Assembly (NCBI GenBank): GCA_010909165.1
Contig: VJWM01000117.1
Location: forward strand, 558,001-622,000
From: Anthoceros angustus
Lineage: Eukaryota; Plantae; Anthocerotophyta
DNA length: 64,000 nucleotides
Reading direction: 5' to 3'
Below the pieces are notes generated by a model, which was not told where the DNA came from, searched no databases, and saw nothing but the letters and a program-made list of their open reading frames with translations. Within the stretch, counting starts at the first letter, position 1, and each line of letters opens with the position of its first letter. The position numbers were made by a program, and so were the translations under genes. Positions 1 to 13,034 of the stretch are shown one piece after another.

Positions 1-203
1 TTCAACCTGTGGTCATCACAGTGAAAACCATCGAACCAGTCACCTTCTCCCTAGAAGTGGTCTGCACGGCATCCTTTCCAGACTCCTATGAAATTCTACC
101 TGCAGTCCCAGGGATTCCTCGCATTGAAAGGAACTATGAAGCCCAAACTGATTCAGTTGACTTTGACTCTTGCTTCTCCGTTGATGCCATTGCGAGTACC
201 CTG
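1..203 (+). repeat. Near-exact copy of CFAP65 coding segment 1693-1896 (end of a probable ~1.69 kb tandem duplication that starts before the window)
   Basis: 1-196 matches 1693-1888 base for base by eye. One G is missing at GCGAG(G)TACCCTG, and the sequence then jumps to the upstream part of the same gene at 204. Confidence 0.85.
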
Positions 204-3200
204 TGATCAAAGTCTATGGTGCTCCAGTTCAAGCTAAACCAGAAGAAAATGATCCTGTCTTTCAAGTTTTCCTCGCCGAGTTGACATACCTATGGGTGCC
301 GCATTCACATTCAGTGCTACTTTTGCACCAATAGATACGAATGCTTATTATTCACAGCTGTTGACCGTCTTAGTGTATGATAACTGTGATCTGGGTGCCA
401 AGCAGTGTGCAATTTCACCACCTTGGTCAGGAGCTGTGCAAGCTTCTGGGCACAGCTTTCATTTCAGGTCACAAGAGTTTGTACCTTTGGGTGTCAGCTT
501 TCATCCCGAGCATATCTTCTTCCGAGCTGTGCTGATTAGCCATCCTGTGTACCAGAATACAACACTATACAACAAAGCCAAAACTCCTCTGAGGTACTAG
601 TAATTATGATATGCTAGTGCCCCTCCACGATCTGCTTCGTGTATATGGCTGACGATACCGGTGTTTGAAATGCATTGGACGACTTCTGTGACCTTTTAGA
701 AGATTTGTTGCAAGATGGTCAGATAGTGATAATCCCTCTAGGCTTACGGAGGTTGGTGGGCTGGGTGCTCTCAGATTTGCGTTCAACTGCGATGAACTTC
801 TTCCAGAGTTTTCCTGGTCCCCAGTGAAGGCGTCATTCCAGGAGAGAGTCTGCGGATAATAACTTTCAAATTCGAGTCAAAGACAGCAAAGGTTTACAAA
901 AACAAGGTGACGTGCATTTTCAACAATGCCGCAGGGACTTTCTGGTGGTGTCTCTCACCGCAAGCACCCATTTGCCTAAGGTGTTTCACTCAAAACAATC
1001 AAATTTCCATTTCGGCATGCCATCATTCACCTTGACTGCCTCAAAAAACGCTGACGTTTGCAGAAAACCTGAATTTTGTATATCAATCTGATATGTGGAA
1101 GCCTGATGAAATGGCCAGGTGAAGGTTGAAGATGACTCTTGCATGTGCTTCAAACCAACGAGTATTGGAACCAGAGTTCTTCAAACATTTGTCATGTATA
1201 ACACTTCTGGGATTCCTTCTCAATATCAGTGGGACATTCCTCCCAAGTACAAAGACATCTTTGCTATGGACAATCCTTCGGGGTTGATCCGCGGGAAAGA
1301 AAAGATATATCTGAACTGCTCTTTTTCTCCGCGCAAGAAGAAACACTACACATGTAACATCTCATGTCTTACAGCAGCATGCACAGAGAAAGCGTACTAT
1401 TCGAACAATGCCATAGCTCTGCAAACCATGCCAAGCACTGAGTATTTTGACACCATCAAACTGGTAGCCCACGGAGAAGGGATTGTGGACACAATACGAA
1501 TCCGACCCGAGGTCGTGGATCTCGGGATCATCGTGGTGGGGATTGAAAAGAAGGTAACAGTGAGTCTTTACAACCCCAGTGAAGGAGGCCTCCAGTATGA
1601 GCTGAAATTGAGAAGCCCTGAGGACGAGTCCATACAGAATCTAGTGTGCATTATTTTTGACACTCCAAGCGCCTTCATTCCTGCCAGATCCTTTCAACCT
1701 GTGGTCATCACAGTGAAAACCATCGAACCAGTCACCTTCTCCCTAGAAGTGGTCTGCACGGCATCCTTTCCAGACTCCTATGAAATTCTACCTGCAGTCC
1801 CAGGGATTCCTCGCATTGAAAGGAACTATGAAGCCCAAACTGATTCAGTTGACTTTGACTCTTGCTTCTCCGTTGATGCCATTGCGAGGTACCCTGCACT
1901 TAAGATCGTAGGTGTGAAAAGTGAGGACATGAGCGGGGCTCAGCTATGGAGAGAGATCCGAGTCAGCACCTTGAATCACATCTTGTCGACGGACAAAGTG
2001 AAAGGGAAATCTCTGTTTTGTATGGGTGCAACACTGACTACAATGACACCATTTATTCTGGAGTTTGGTGCTCGGAGTATGGGATCAAAGCCTACAACAG
2101 TTCACTTTGCAGTGAAAAGTCGGGGTGGGCTCCCAGCAAATTGGAAAGTTAGGATCTGGAACGATAGGGAGGCGGACACTGAGAACTGGGTGAGAGAAGG
2201 CGATCCAAGCCCAGAGGAGACAGAGTTTCTGGATGCAAAGGTGAACAGGCTATTCGAAGTGGAGCCACGCGAGGGCCGACTGAAACCTGGAGACGTCCAG
2301 TTCATTAAGTTCACATACAAGCATAGCATAGAGGGAACACATATTCTGCCCATTCTTCTGGAAGTAAAAGATGGTCGGACCACACCGATAAATCTCTCAG
2401 GAAAGAGCTTGCCTAACCCACCACCCGTCTGGACTTGGGAGAGTGCGAAATACAGCCATGCCATTGCCCCAGCTGATACTCACTATCTTCAGCCAGTGGT
2501 CCTTGGGGACAATGATCCTCCCTTGCAGACTGTGGAACTCCGGAATAACGGTGACTCTGACATATGCTACACCCTGGACTTGGGTCCTTTGGATGACGTG
2601 GAGGAGCAAAACTGGGGGTTCCAGGTTTTGTCTTGTCTCAACCCTGCTGGCTCCATCCCTGCCAGGGAGTTCATTCTACTCAACTTCCTCTTTCGGCCTC
2701 TTGAAGCCATGCAGTATGAAGCCAGAATTCCTGTCACGGTCGAAGGTCACGAAGCAGGTTTGATTTTCTTGAAGGCAATAGGATATCATGGTGGCGAAGA
2801 TTGCCCATGCCCCCCAGAAAGAAATCAACCGAAACTGTCTGAAAACACGACCTTCGAGTGGCCAGGTGACTGTGCAAAGCTATCCACTGAGTTCATCAAT
2901 TTTGGTAGAATAGAGGAGCTATCCTGGAACAGGAAGCTGGTGGCCGTGAAGAACCTACTGCAGGAAGAACGGATCGCCTTCTTCTGGCAGAACAATATGG
3001 CTACAGAGGCCATGGTGCATGGTGAGTTTTCTGTGGTTCCCTCCTACGGTGTTTTGGAGCCCGGGCATTCCTGCATTTGTAAGGTCATCTTCGGGGCTGG
3101 CGTGCGTGCTCAAGTCTTCCAGACCACTCTCCGGTGTGACATTGAGCTGGTGCCACCGGAGATAATTGCTGAGCCAAAGGTGGTAGAGGAGCCGAAGGAG

Positions 3201-4040
3201 GAGATCATTGTGAATAACTGGAAGAGGCTGGGCAGCAATTCCTACAACAAGGCCTTCGCTCGGAAATCGTCCCTGGTGGCGTTGACAGAGAATACAGCAC
3301 GTAGGCTTCCTCTGCTAGCTGAGAGAATTATGGCAAGGGAGCAGCTGGAGCTGTCGGAAGCCAGCAGGGAGCGAACCTATAGTGGTGCCCTGGCTCTGAA
3401 GAGTGTGCTCTTCCTTACCGTGGCCGCTGAAATCTTCATCAAGGACCAGTTTCACAGAACTGCAGACGAGAAGCTGACAAATGCTACTGCAGATGCTCCA
3501 GAACAAACTTCTATTCAGCTCCAAGATGAGCTGGTGCAGAAATGCTTGCTGGAGTTGCTACAGGAATCGTTGGAGAAGGAAATGTTGGAGCCGGGATTTG
3601 AAAACATTGACCCCCATCTGCACATGTTCAATGAGGAGCTTAAAGCAAGGCCTAATTTGAGTGCACCACCACAGGACCCTATTGATTGCCTGAAAGTAAC
3701 AAAGCCGGAGGCAAGGGTTGCTGCTGGTGGGGGGACACCCAAATCACCTAAACTTCATCCTTCTTTTGTCAAACCAAGTGATGGCAAGGCCGGGACTCAA
3801 CACGTTGTTATTGAGCAGTTGGTCCACAGTCTGGACAAAGCAGAACCAGGAAATCTGTCTTCCTCCCCACTTGCTGCTTCTGCGTCTAGTTCTGGTCGGC
3901 TAGTACCGTGGAGCAAACATGGTCGGGTCCACACTGATGATGATCCGATCTCTAGCGTGGAGACACTAGAGATGGTTGATTTTCTACTTGAGGGAACACT
4001 CTTCAATCTTGTAAAGGAGATCTATGAGCACGACCAGTAG
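204..4040 (+). CDS. CFAP65: 3' part of a cilia/flagella-associated protein 65 (CFAP65/CCDC108)-like gene; 5' end outside the window
   Basis: 973-aa terminal-exon ORF 1119-4040 has repeated ASH/PapD-like Ig folds (P..G.I.., L.N). Upstream coding pieces (FTFSATFAP..NAYYSQ; PSEGVIPG...FNN) are separated by putative introns ~594-807 and 991-1118 (AAG|GTGTTT...GGCCAG|GTG). Two homopolymer frameshifts lie near 260 and 940. Family call is from motif recall, not a search. Confidence 0.7.
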
Positions 4041-4634
4041 GTATACAACTTCCAGCCAGAGTCAGGAACCTGGAGCGGTGTAGGGTTTTTTTACTATGTA
4101 ATGATCCACTGCTGTTCAAATAACTCCTCCTTGTCTTGGTTAGTTTTATGTCTGATCTCTGCAACAGGAGTTTGTGCATCCATCCCGTGTTTTAACTCAT
4201 TGCTCGGAGTAAATCAACAGATTGAGCCTCAGCGTTTTCCCTCGTCCTCCACTTGCCTCCAGGTGCATTTAGAATTCCAGCTAGGTATCTCCCTTGTGAT
4301 GCATGACCTGGACTTCACCCGGCCAAATGCACAACCCAGTAATTGCATCTGGCGTGAATCTCCTTTCAGTAGACTCTTTTTTCACAGAGGCCCGCATGCA
4401 ATGACACCGTCTGGGTCAGCGTGACGAATGTACAGTCGACTGTTTCGGTTCTGTGCCTGTGGACTACGGATACCGATGCTAACCAAGAAGAAGCGTCTCT
4501 AAAGCGAGTAATCTTCAAAACTGACGTTGTAGCAGCAAGTTTACTCTTGTTTGCCTCCGTCAGTCCCTGCTGCAGCAGAATCAGGTGTGTCCTGTGAACA
4601 GGGCTGTCAAGACGAGAAGGTCCCAAATTGTGAA

Positions 4635-7600
4635 ATGCTCAGACCGATTGTTCCAGTTGGGAATCGCCAAAGGTGGCAGTATGCTACTCAAAGCTCTGGG
4701 GTCATGGCAGCAGACGGCATTAGTGAGACTGCTCCGGGCTTAGAGAGCTTATGCATCGAGGGACGGGTGGAGAAGGCATTGAATATGCTGTGTCACATGG
4801 ACCAGCAGGGTATTGCAGCCCCACTGCACATTTACCGCTCCCTTCTGGAGACTTGTATCAAGAGCAGAGCCACGGCGGAGGCCAAACAAGTGTGTGGTCT
4901 CATGTCTAAGAATGGATGTCCATTGGACAGCAGTTTGGGCGAATCTGTGGTCATCATGCTCGTCCAAAGGGGGAGCCTCTCAAATGCAATCGAAGTATTC
5001 AATGAATTACCACATCGGTCAGCTGCATGTTGGACAGCTATTATCTCAGGATACAGTAAAGCTGGACAAGGACAGAATGCTATCAGACACTACTATCAAA
5101 TGCGAGCAGCAGGCGTGGAGCCAGACAGTCAGACGTTTGTTAGCACACTCCAAGCCTGTGGCAGCTTGGCAGATCTCGACATGGGTAGGAAAGTTCATGC
5201 AGCACTTGTAAGGTATGGGTATGACTCTAACTTGTTTGTGGGCACAGCTCTTATTGGTGCGTATCTAAGATGTGGGGCCTTAGTGGATGCGCAGCATGTT
5301 TTTGAAAGCTTGTCTACCAAGGACACCGTACTGTGGAATTCCATGATCAGGGGATATGCTCAACATGATCTGTGTGAGAAGGCCATGCAACTTTATTCCC
5401 AAATGCAGGATTCTGGAGTGAGGCCAAATGACCGAACATTTGTGAGTGTTCTTAGAGCATGTGGTGGCCTGGCAGCCCTGGAGAACGACACAGTAATTAG
5501 TGGTCAGTCGATGAAAATAGCGGCTCTGGGTTTGGGGAAGGCCATACACAGTCAGATCATAAGCAGTGGCTGTAAATGTGACGAGCTTGTGAGTAGTGCT
5601 CTTATCCATATGTACGCAAGCTGTGGGAGCATCAAGGATGCTCAGCAGGTCTTTGTTACCTCGGCACAAGCCAGTGTGGTGTCATGGAATGCCATGGTTG
5701 CTGGATATGCCCAGCAAGGACATGGTGACAAGGCTCTGAAACTGTTTGCCCAGATGACAAGGGATGGTGTGAGTGCTGATGATCGAACTTTTGTGAGCTT
5801 GCTCCAAGCATGTAGCAGCTTGGCAGGCAAGGAAGAGGATATCCCTTTGGATGGCCAAGAGTTGAAACTGAACGCCCTACAAAGAGCAAAGGCAATCCAT
5901 GCTGAAGCTGTGCGAAGCGGTCATGCGTCTGACATGTTTGTGGGCAGTACTCTGGTGCATGTGTATGGGAAGTGCGGAAGTGTTGTGGATGCAAAGTTCG
6001 TATTCGACAAGCTCTCCAAACGCAACGTGGTTACATGGAATGCGATGATTGCAGGTTACGCAAGCCACAAGCAGGATCACGAGGCTTGGAAACTGTATGT
6101 GCAAATGCAAACCGTTCGGGTGAACCCTGACGAAGCTACATATCTTTGCCTCTTAAAAGCTTGCAGCAATGCTGGAGACCTGGAAATGTGTGCCCAAGTC
6201 CATAAAGACATCACTGACAGAGGACTCCAGTGGAGAGTCAGTGTTGCAAACACACTTATCCACACTTATGGCAAATGTGGCAGCACGGTCCTGGCTCGCT
6301 CCCTGTTCGATTCCATGCCCAACCGGAACGTGGTTACATGGAACGCCATCATCTCTGCATATGCTCAGCAGGAAGAGGGTGACCAGGCTTTGCAGCTCTA
6401 TGCTGAAATGCTTGAGCACAGCGTCAGGCCGAACGATCGCACATTTGTCAGCCTGCTCAAAGCATGCAGCAGCCTGGCAGACTCAGAAACAGCCATCTTC
6501 TCAGGTGGTCAGACATACAAATTATGTTCCGCCCAAAAGGGTAAAGCCATACATGCCGACCTTGTTCGAGCAGGTTACGAATCTGACACCTTTGTTGGTA
6601 ACACATTGGTGGACATGTATGCAAAATGTGGATGCATCGAGGAAGCACAGCACATCTTCGACACCATGTTCCAGCCCGATGTGGTTTCATGGAATGCCCT
6701 AATCGTTGGATACGCTCAGCAAGAACAAGGAACGCATGCTTTCCTACTTTATGACCGTCTGCGGCAAGCAGGTGTGAAACCGGACGAGGCCACGTTCGTG
6801 TGCACCCTGAAAGCGTGCAGCAATTCCGGGGCTCTCAGCATGTGCAGGCGAGTTCATCACGATTTGAGAAACTCCGATTTGCAATGCAGCTTGGGCTTAG
6901 GGTTAGGGAACTGCCTTATTCACGCGTACGGCAAATGTGGGAGCATGGCGGATGCTCGGGCCGTGTTCGACTCGTTGCCCGCGCGAGACTTGGTGTCCTG
7001 GAATGCATTGATCGCCGGGTACGCCCGGCAAGGAGACAGCAAGATGAGCTTAGCGTCGTATGAGGAGATGCAGGAAGCAGGGATGAAGCCGGACGGATTA
7101 ACGTTTCTTTCGATTCTTGCTGCCTGCAGTCATGCTGGTCTGGTGCGTGAGGGCGTTGTGTTCTTCAAGGCCATGAGCGTGGATCACAGCGTCACTTGCT
7201 CCGCACAGCATTACGTGAGCATCATCGACATCCTAGGTCGTGCAGGGAAGTTCGAGCAGGTGGAATCTTTGCTCTCGCAGATGCGTGTGGAGCCTAATCT
7301 GGCGCTATGGCTGTCCTTGCTCGGAGCGTGTCGGAAGCATGGTAACGTCGAGTTGGGAAGACTCGCCTTTGAAGGGGCTGTGAAGCTGGATGCAAGACAA
7401 AGCGCACCCTACATGCTCATGTCCACGATCTACGCGCATGCCCGCATGTTCGATGAAGCAGACGCAATTGAACAACAGAGACAGCACGCAGGTGCGTGGA
7501 AGCAGCCGGGGCAAAGTTGGATAGAGTATCGGGACAAGGTGTATTTGTTCAGAGCAGGAGATGACAGCCACCAGGATCACGACAAACTGTACGCTTTACT

Positions 7601-7640
7601 CGACACGCTATCAGCAAAAACGGGACGCCATCGGGGGTAA
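4635..7640 (+). CDS. PLS-class PPR protein ending in E/E+ (no DYW), intronless
   Basis: ORF 4551-7640 (TTG start); first ATG at 4635 (MLRPIVPVG..., transit-peptide-like). It has P-L-S triplets (WNAMIAGY / TFVSLL.AC / L..MY.KCG), E motifs and the PG-box KQPGQSWIE, then stops shortly after E+. Confidence 0.93.
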   Translation: MLRPIVPVGNRQRWQYATQSSGVMAADGISETAPGLESLCIEGRVEKALNMLCHMDQQGIAAPLHIYRSLLETCIKSRATAEAKQVCGLMSKNGCPLDSSLGESVVIMLVQRGSLSNAIEVFNELPHRSAACWTAIISGYSKAGQGQNAIRHYYQMRAAGVEPDSQTFVSTLQACGSLADLDMGRKVHAALVRYGYDSNLFVGTALIGAYLRCGALVDAQHVFESLSTKDTVLWNSMIRGYAQHDLCEKAMQLYSQMQDSGVRPNDRTFVSVLRACGGLAALENDTVISGQSMKIAALGLGKAIHSQIISSGCKCDELVSSALIHMYASCGSIKDAQQVFVTSAQASVVSWNAMVAGYAQQGHGDKALKLFAQMTRDGVSADDRTFVSLLQACSSLAGKEEDIPLDGQELKLNALQRAKAIHAEAVRSGHASDMFVGSTLVHVYGKCGSVVDAKFVFDKLSKRNVVTWNAMIAGYASHKQDHEAWKLYVQMQTVRVNPDEATYLCLLKACSNAGDLEMCAQVHKDITDRGLQWRVSVANTLIHTYGKCGSTVLARSLFDSMPNRNVVTWNAIISAYAQQEEGDQALQLYAEMLEHSVRPNDRTFVSLLKACSSLADSETAIFSGGQTYKLCSAQKGKAIHADLVRAGYESDTFVGNTLVDMYAKCGCIEEAQHIFDTMFQPDVVSWNALIVGYAQQEQGTHAFLLYDRLRQAGVKPDEATFVCTLKACSNSGALSMCRRVHHDLRNSDLQCSLGLGLGNCLIHAYGKCGSMADARAVFDSLPARDLVSWNALIAGYARQGDSKMSLASYEEMQEAGMKPDGLTFLSILAACSHAGLVREGVVFFKAMSVDHSVTCSAQHYVSIIDILGRAGKFEQVESLLSQMRVEPNLALWLSLLGACRKHGNVELGRLAFEGAVKLDARQSAPYMLMSTIYAHARMFDEADAIEQQRQHAGAWKQPGQSWIEYRDKVYLFRAGDDSHQDHDKLYALLDTLSAKTGRHRG

Positions 7641-7829
7641 CGTTCTCACATCTCCTCTGGAAAAATGTGGTCTCTGCAGGAAGAAAGTGGTCTTTGCCCA
7701 TATCCAGGTTTCCCTTTACGTTGTACAAAAAGAAGGTCAAGTGGTGAGTCCAAACAGAGGAGCTTGTTAGGCTGGCGCGCTCTCACGACATCCTGTGCCT
7801 TGCCTTCCATACTTGCTTTCATGGCTAGC

Positions 7830-10819
7830 TCACATACGACTTGAATCCCTCCCAAAAATGAATCGCTTGGTCCAGTCAAACAACACCAGGCATTTTGTTC
7901 GCCAGCTGACCTGCTTGCTGCGAATCATAACGACGAACAAGAAAATGAATTACCTCCAGACGTGGCGAGTGTTCAACCTGACCGAAACACAACCACACTG
8001 CAGGCAAGGGAAGAACGTGTCACCTCAGATATACTGAGTACCAGAGCCACTGAGTACTTCGACCAATAGAAACCCAGTCTCCAGGAAGTTCGGCGGCCGT
8101 CTGCTCCCCTCCAAGTGGAGCAAATTGTCCCAAATGCTTGTACCTGCGTAGAGATGAAATTTTTTGTAACATTCACATCATGGGATGAAGTTACCATGCC
8201 TGCTCAATCGAGACAACAGCTGTATTACACATGAAGTGGGTTACGTACTGGAAAGGCTGAAAGCGATGGCGCCCTGTGCCTCTGATCCTCATTGGACCCT
8301 CTGGCTCTTCACCTACTTTGCCCAGGTGATTGAAAACATGTGCTAAGTAGTCACCCTGTTGAGCTGCAACCTAAAGGACCAAAAACACACAAGTATACAA
8401 GGAAGTTTAAGCACGGCGGTGTGTGCCATAAACAGGCACGTAGACTGCAAAAAAAACCGGGCACAATTCAACCTGGGCAGTGGCTGGAAAAGCTTTCATT
8501 TGAGAGTCTGCATGACAAAGGGCCTTCTTGAAGGAAGCTATGTCCAGCTTCACGGAATCCTCCTTCCGATCTTCAATAGCGCCATCCAGCAGATCAACTA
8601 TGCTCTTCAAGTGCTGGCGCTTCAGATAGATGTCGATCTGAGGATATCTGGATCGGATTTTGTTCACAACATCACGGAATTCATTTAAATCCAGAAAACC
8701 GTCCCGGTCCTTATCAGCCAGTCCGAAAAGAACAGACACGTCTTCCTGCAAGAACAACAGTCACCTGTCAGCTCCCTTGCAAGCCAGAGAGACCTGTCAA
8801 ACTCGCAGAAAAAAGTATGCAAGACAGTTGCGAAGACAAACCGCAATCTTCCGATGTTCCACAGTGGCACAGTCACCGATGGCAAAAGCACCCTGGCACC
8901 CTTTCACTCGTAACCACTCATCCGTTGCCAAGGCACGCCTATCATGCTAAACGTTGAAAACAAGTAAACCCATGTTATTCCCATAACGATAACCCTGTTC
9001 GAAATACTTGACCCAGAGAACAAGAGAAGGGAAACTTTCTGTTCGGTTGCAATGGCAGCAGAATGCACCTGACCAATCTGCTCCATGAAGTCAGAAATAA
9101 CTGGTCGTGTCCCAATTCCCGTTGACCACACCACCAGTCCATATGGCACGCTATGAATCTCTCCGGTAGATTTTTCCAAATACTTGAAATCAGTCTCACT
9201 AACCGCCAGGACACGACAAGCTGTCTTTACATCCACACCATCTCTCTTGAATTTTCCCTCCGCAAAGTTGCTGATTCTTTCGTCAAACCTGCACACAGAC
9301 CACATGATCAGTACAAAAAGGTGCAATGTCAGGCTGCCCTATAGACCGATAAGGAAAATGCACCTAGCAGGGATTCATACTCAGAACTAATGAACTTAGA
9401 GAGCAGAGCAGTCCATGCTACAATGAGGACTTACGTGTTGAGTATGTGATCACCAGATTGGACAAGCGTGATTTTGACAAACTCCTTCACCTCTGGATAA
9501 TATCTGACTAAATCTTCATATACAAGATCATGCAACTCCGCAGCAAACTCCACCCCAGTTGGACCACCACCAACAATGACAAAATGTAACAACTTTTCCT
9601 TGTCCTCCTTCGAGAGACCAGGTAGGCATGCACTCTCAAAGCAGTCTACAATGTCTTCATGGATTTTCTCCGCATCTTCTATCTCCTGCATCCTAAACGA
9701 GCTGTATATCAGACCAAAGACCAATCAGACATGGAGGAGAGAGCTGTACATGAAATCCCTACAGCTCACTGCCAAGGCTGCATTCAACGTTGGTGAATAA
9801 AACGAGAAATACCTTCAGAAAATGACAGTACTCCTTAACGCCGGGTGTCCCAAAAGTATTTGCTTCAGCCCCAACAGCAATAACCAGATGGTCATAAGCC
9901 AGAGCAAAGTGGTCTTTTCCCTTGATCTTAATGTCAGTGGTGTCCTGGCAGATGACTGCCTTATTTTCTGCATCTATCTTCACGCACTCAGATTCCAGAT
10001 AGGTGACCTCCTTTCGTTTCTGCTCAAACCATACTTCGACCCACGCATTAGACACTTAACATTCCAAAACTAGCAAAAGACAAGCCAGAAGCAAAACTCA
10101 TTCTTACCTTAAAGACAAGCCTTCGGATGGGCTCTGTTATACTGCGCGCTTCAACTGTGCCAGTTGTCACACTTGGCAACAGGGGAGTGAAAACAAAATA
10201 ATTGCGAGGTGAAATGACGTACACATCATACAAACTGGTATCCAGCCCCTTAATAAAACTGATGCCCCCCCAACCCGTCCCTAGAACCACCAGCGTTTCT
10301 TTCCTTTTCTCCTCCCTCGGCTTTTGCTCCTGACCCGCATTTTGAGGCGGGCTTGCATCTGCTTGAGCTATATAGCCGCCGGCGCATCCACTGCGGGGAT
10401 CACCAAAGCACAAACGCACTCAGTCGAGCGTGAGCTCAATCACAGCCGCTGGTTGCAAACCAGCATCCACGCCAACAATGCCGCGATGCTGCTTATCCAC
10501 GTAAGTTCCGAGGTGATCAGCCTCGGATCCCGATCGCAACCTAAAGCATTCGCACTCACCCGGCAGCCAGAAGCCAAGGAAGAACTGCTACAGACGGCCG
10601 AGCACGCTGCCATCGTCCCAACGCAGCATTTCCTGTTCCGCGTCCAGCTCCAGCTGATGCCCCTCCTACAGATCCTGCTCCAGCTGAGGCCCCGGCTTCA
10701 GATCTCACTCCAGCTCCTGCGGCTCCATCGCTGAAGCTGCGGATGGGAGCACCAGGCGGCTGGTGGAGCAGGCAGGCTGCGGCCCGCGCCCAAACGGACG
10801 TAGCCCGCCTGTACCACAT
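7830..10819 (-). CDS. NDB: External alternative (type II) NAD(P)H:ubiquinone oxidoreductase, NDB type with EF-hand; multi-exon
   Basis: Exons encode VVLGTGWGG, SPRNYFVFTPLLPSVTTGTVEARSI, VIAVGAEANTFGTPGV, VIVGGGPTGVEFAAELHD, EF-hand DKDRDGFLDLNEF, PATAQVAAQQG, LGQFAPLGGEQTAAELPGDW and the C-terminus FIFGRDSSRM*. ATG at 10819, stop at 7830-7832. Confidence 0.95.
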
Positions 10820-10995
10820 CCTGCAACTGGCAATCCTCCGATTTCGGGGTCACACAGCTTATCGCCTAGACTGTGATGGCAGGACAAGTGGGAGCAGAAG
10901 AGCCGGGCACGCTGGCATCCCCTGGCTGCTCGCTGCGAGGCGTCCGCCCACGTGAATCGGCCATCCCGTCGAATTGGCTACCTGCCTTTCACATG

Positions 10996-11775
10996 GTTCT
11001 CTCCCTTGGAAGAAGTGGATTTTCTATGGTTGCTAGCAGACTCATTAGCTCTGGGAGTCATAGTGAGCAAAAAGTCAAGTCAGGATGACCCACCCATGTC
11101 CCCTACGGAGTGGAAGGCTCATTCACACGGCCCCTCCTCCCGTCCCGTGTTTAAAAACCGCATTCATAAAAGTAGTATGGCTGAGAAAATAAGAAAAATA
11201 TAGGAAATGATGTCTACTTGTAAATAATAAGAAATACAAAATCAAGTTTGAGGGAAGAGAGATGATGGAGAGAGTCCATCATAAAAAATGATGAGTAAAT
11301 ATATTATGTTTTATTGAGAGAAAAATCGATGGAAAAAAATCCATACAGCATAGGGCAATGAAGGTGGACCTCGGGGGTCAAGGTGAAAAAGAGCGACCAA
11401 GTTCCTTACCTAGAGTTACCTACTGCTCGTAGAACAAATACAGGAAGAACAAATGCATGCAAATGATGGAGGAAGAGGAAGAAGCGTCACTTGCTGTTCG
11501 CTGCCTTGTGAAGGATTGTCCTCGAGAGGGCCCTTTGAAAGGCAATGGAGACTCGCTATATGAAGTAAGCTGTGAAATAAGAAAGGGATAACCCCGCGCC
11601 ATGCCTGCGGGCGTGGTAGGATTTGGCACAGGACTTGAGAAATTGATTGAAGTCCGTAGCCATTGCCCCATACATCTCGAGTATGAGCGGAATAAAGAAG
11701 TTGCCCGCTTACATCCCATTATACTTTCTAACCTTAAGAACTGCAGCACCCGCAGCAGCCCAATAAGGACAGTTA
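10996..11775 (-). mobile_element. 3' remnant of a non-LTR retrotransposon with a restriction-like endonuclease (CRE/NeSL/R2-type); inverted relative to the 13935-18127 copy
   Basis: The minus strand reads AAVLKVRKYNG..GNFFIPLILEMYG..FNQFLKSCAKSYH..RVSIAFQRALS with internal stops. The 3' non-coding tail is homologous to the reverse complement of ~17480-18127. Confidence 0.75.
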
Positions 11776-11856
11776 GTGAGTAAATGTGATGTAATATAGT
11801 ATATTTAGCTATAAATAGTAAGAATGCTTAGCCAGAAATAACAAGGGACGAGATAT

Positions 11857-12808
11857 TCTTTATTGTAAGGAGGAGATGAGGGTGAAACCCTGAACGCTAA
11901 AAATAGTAAGTAGGTATAGTATTTATAAAGTTGAGCACTAGGATGTGAGTACTAGGAAGTGAGCCGTTAGCCCCAAGGTAGGTTCGGTTTGTTTTATTTG
12001 TTGGTGGTTTTGTTCTTTTTTTCTTTGATAATACATCTTTCTTTATTTACAAAAATGATGTGTTAACAGATCTTTTTATCATTAATTAACAAGCGATCTC
12101 GCGCTAGCCTTTGGAACTCAAATCACACCGAGGGAGTTATGCATGCCAAAATGTTGGACAAAATGTCTGCGTATACGAGCAACTGCATTCACTGCTTAAT
12201 ATCGTATCACATTGATAAGATGCTATGTGCAACTGAAGAGGTTTTCAAGGTAGCTGAAGTGTCTAAGCACTTTGTTGTAATACATGATCAAGTATTACAA
12301 AAAATAAAGCAGCATTACTTCGAATGACGACGAAAAAATATTGTATTTTTATACCAAGCAATATTAGATATCTCTAGAGATAAATTTAAAAATCTCAAGA
12401 GACAAGAGCAACTATCTACTTCCTCTAAACATAAAGACCGTTGTCTGGTTCACAAAATCATATTAAGCAATATCATAGAACACACAAACTATGAGTGGGA
12501 TAACTTGGTGCAAGATTCAAGTGCTCCACACTGTGAAGTTTTAAATATTGGTTGCCATCGCAAATTATATATAGATGTTATGACCAACATTATTCATCAA
12601 CTTGATAACAAGATTCAAGTTGTTCATACACATAATATTTTAACATCAATTGCTTCAAGAAAAGCTCCAACCAAAAGATTATTGGCTCCAAGAAGTAGTC
12701 AAGGTGCTTTTAAGAAGAGAAAAGTACTACCAACCATTTCAAGGGAGGCTAAAGCCAAGCTAAAAGTTGCAAAATGCATCGAAGCAAACAAAACTGTGTT
12801 TCATTTCA
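11857..12808. repeat. Left arm of a ~0.9-kb imperfect inverted repeat (partner 13035-13931)
   Basis: For example, 12120-12270 (CACACCGAGGGAGTTATGCA...GTGTCTAAGCAC) is the reverse complement of 13515-13662. Homology continues with scattered substitutions to ~12808. Confidence 0.9.
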
Positions 12809-13034
12809 CAAAATCTTCAAACAAAACCGTGATAGATTCTAAACATTGAATCAAAAGCCAAAAGATGAAATAAATTTGCTTTTACAGTCGACATCCAAAC
12901 ATGTGAGCTCATTGGAACTACATTGTCGCCAATGGGGTGCCACCCATCCTCTCATTCATGGCCCTACGGGGCCACCTGTTGTAAGAGCCCTATGAGGCCG
13001 CCTGTTGTCTAGCACGGCTACGGAGCTACTTCTA

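Noticed and set aside
4101-4634. A PDF motif upstream of the first PPR gene (and upstream of the 51125 gene)
   Set aside because: I looked for WWDNR/PDF-like codons in these 5' regions and found none.
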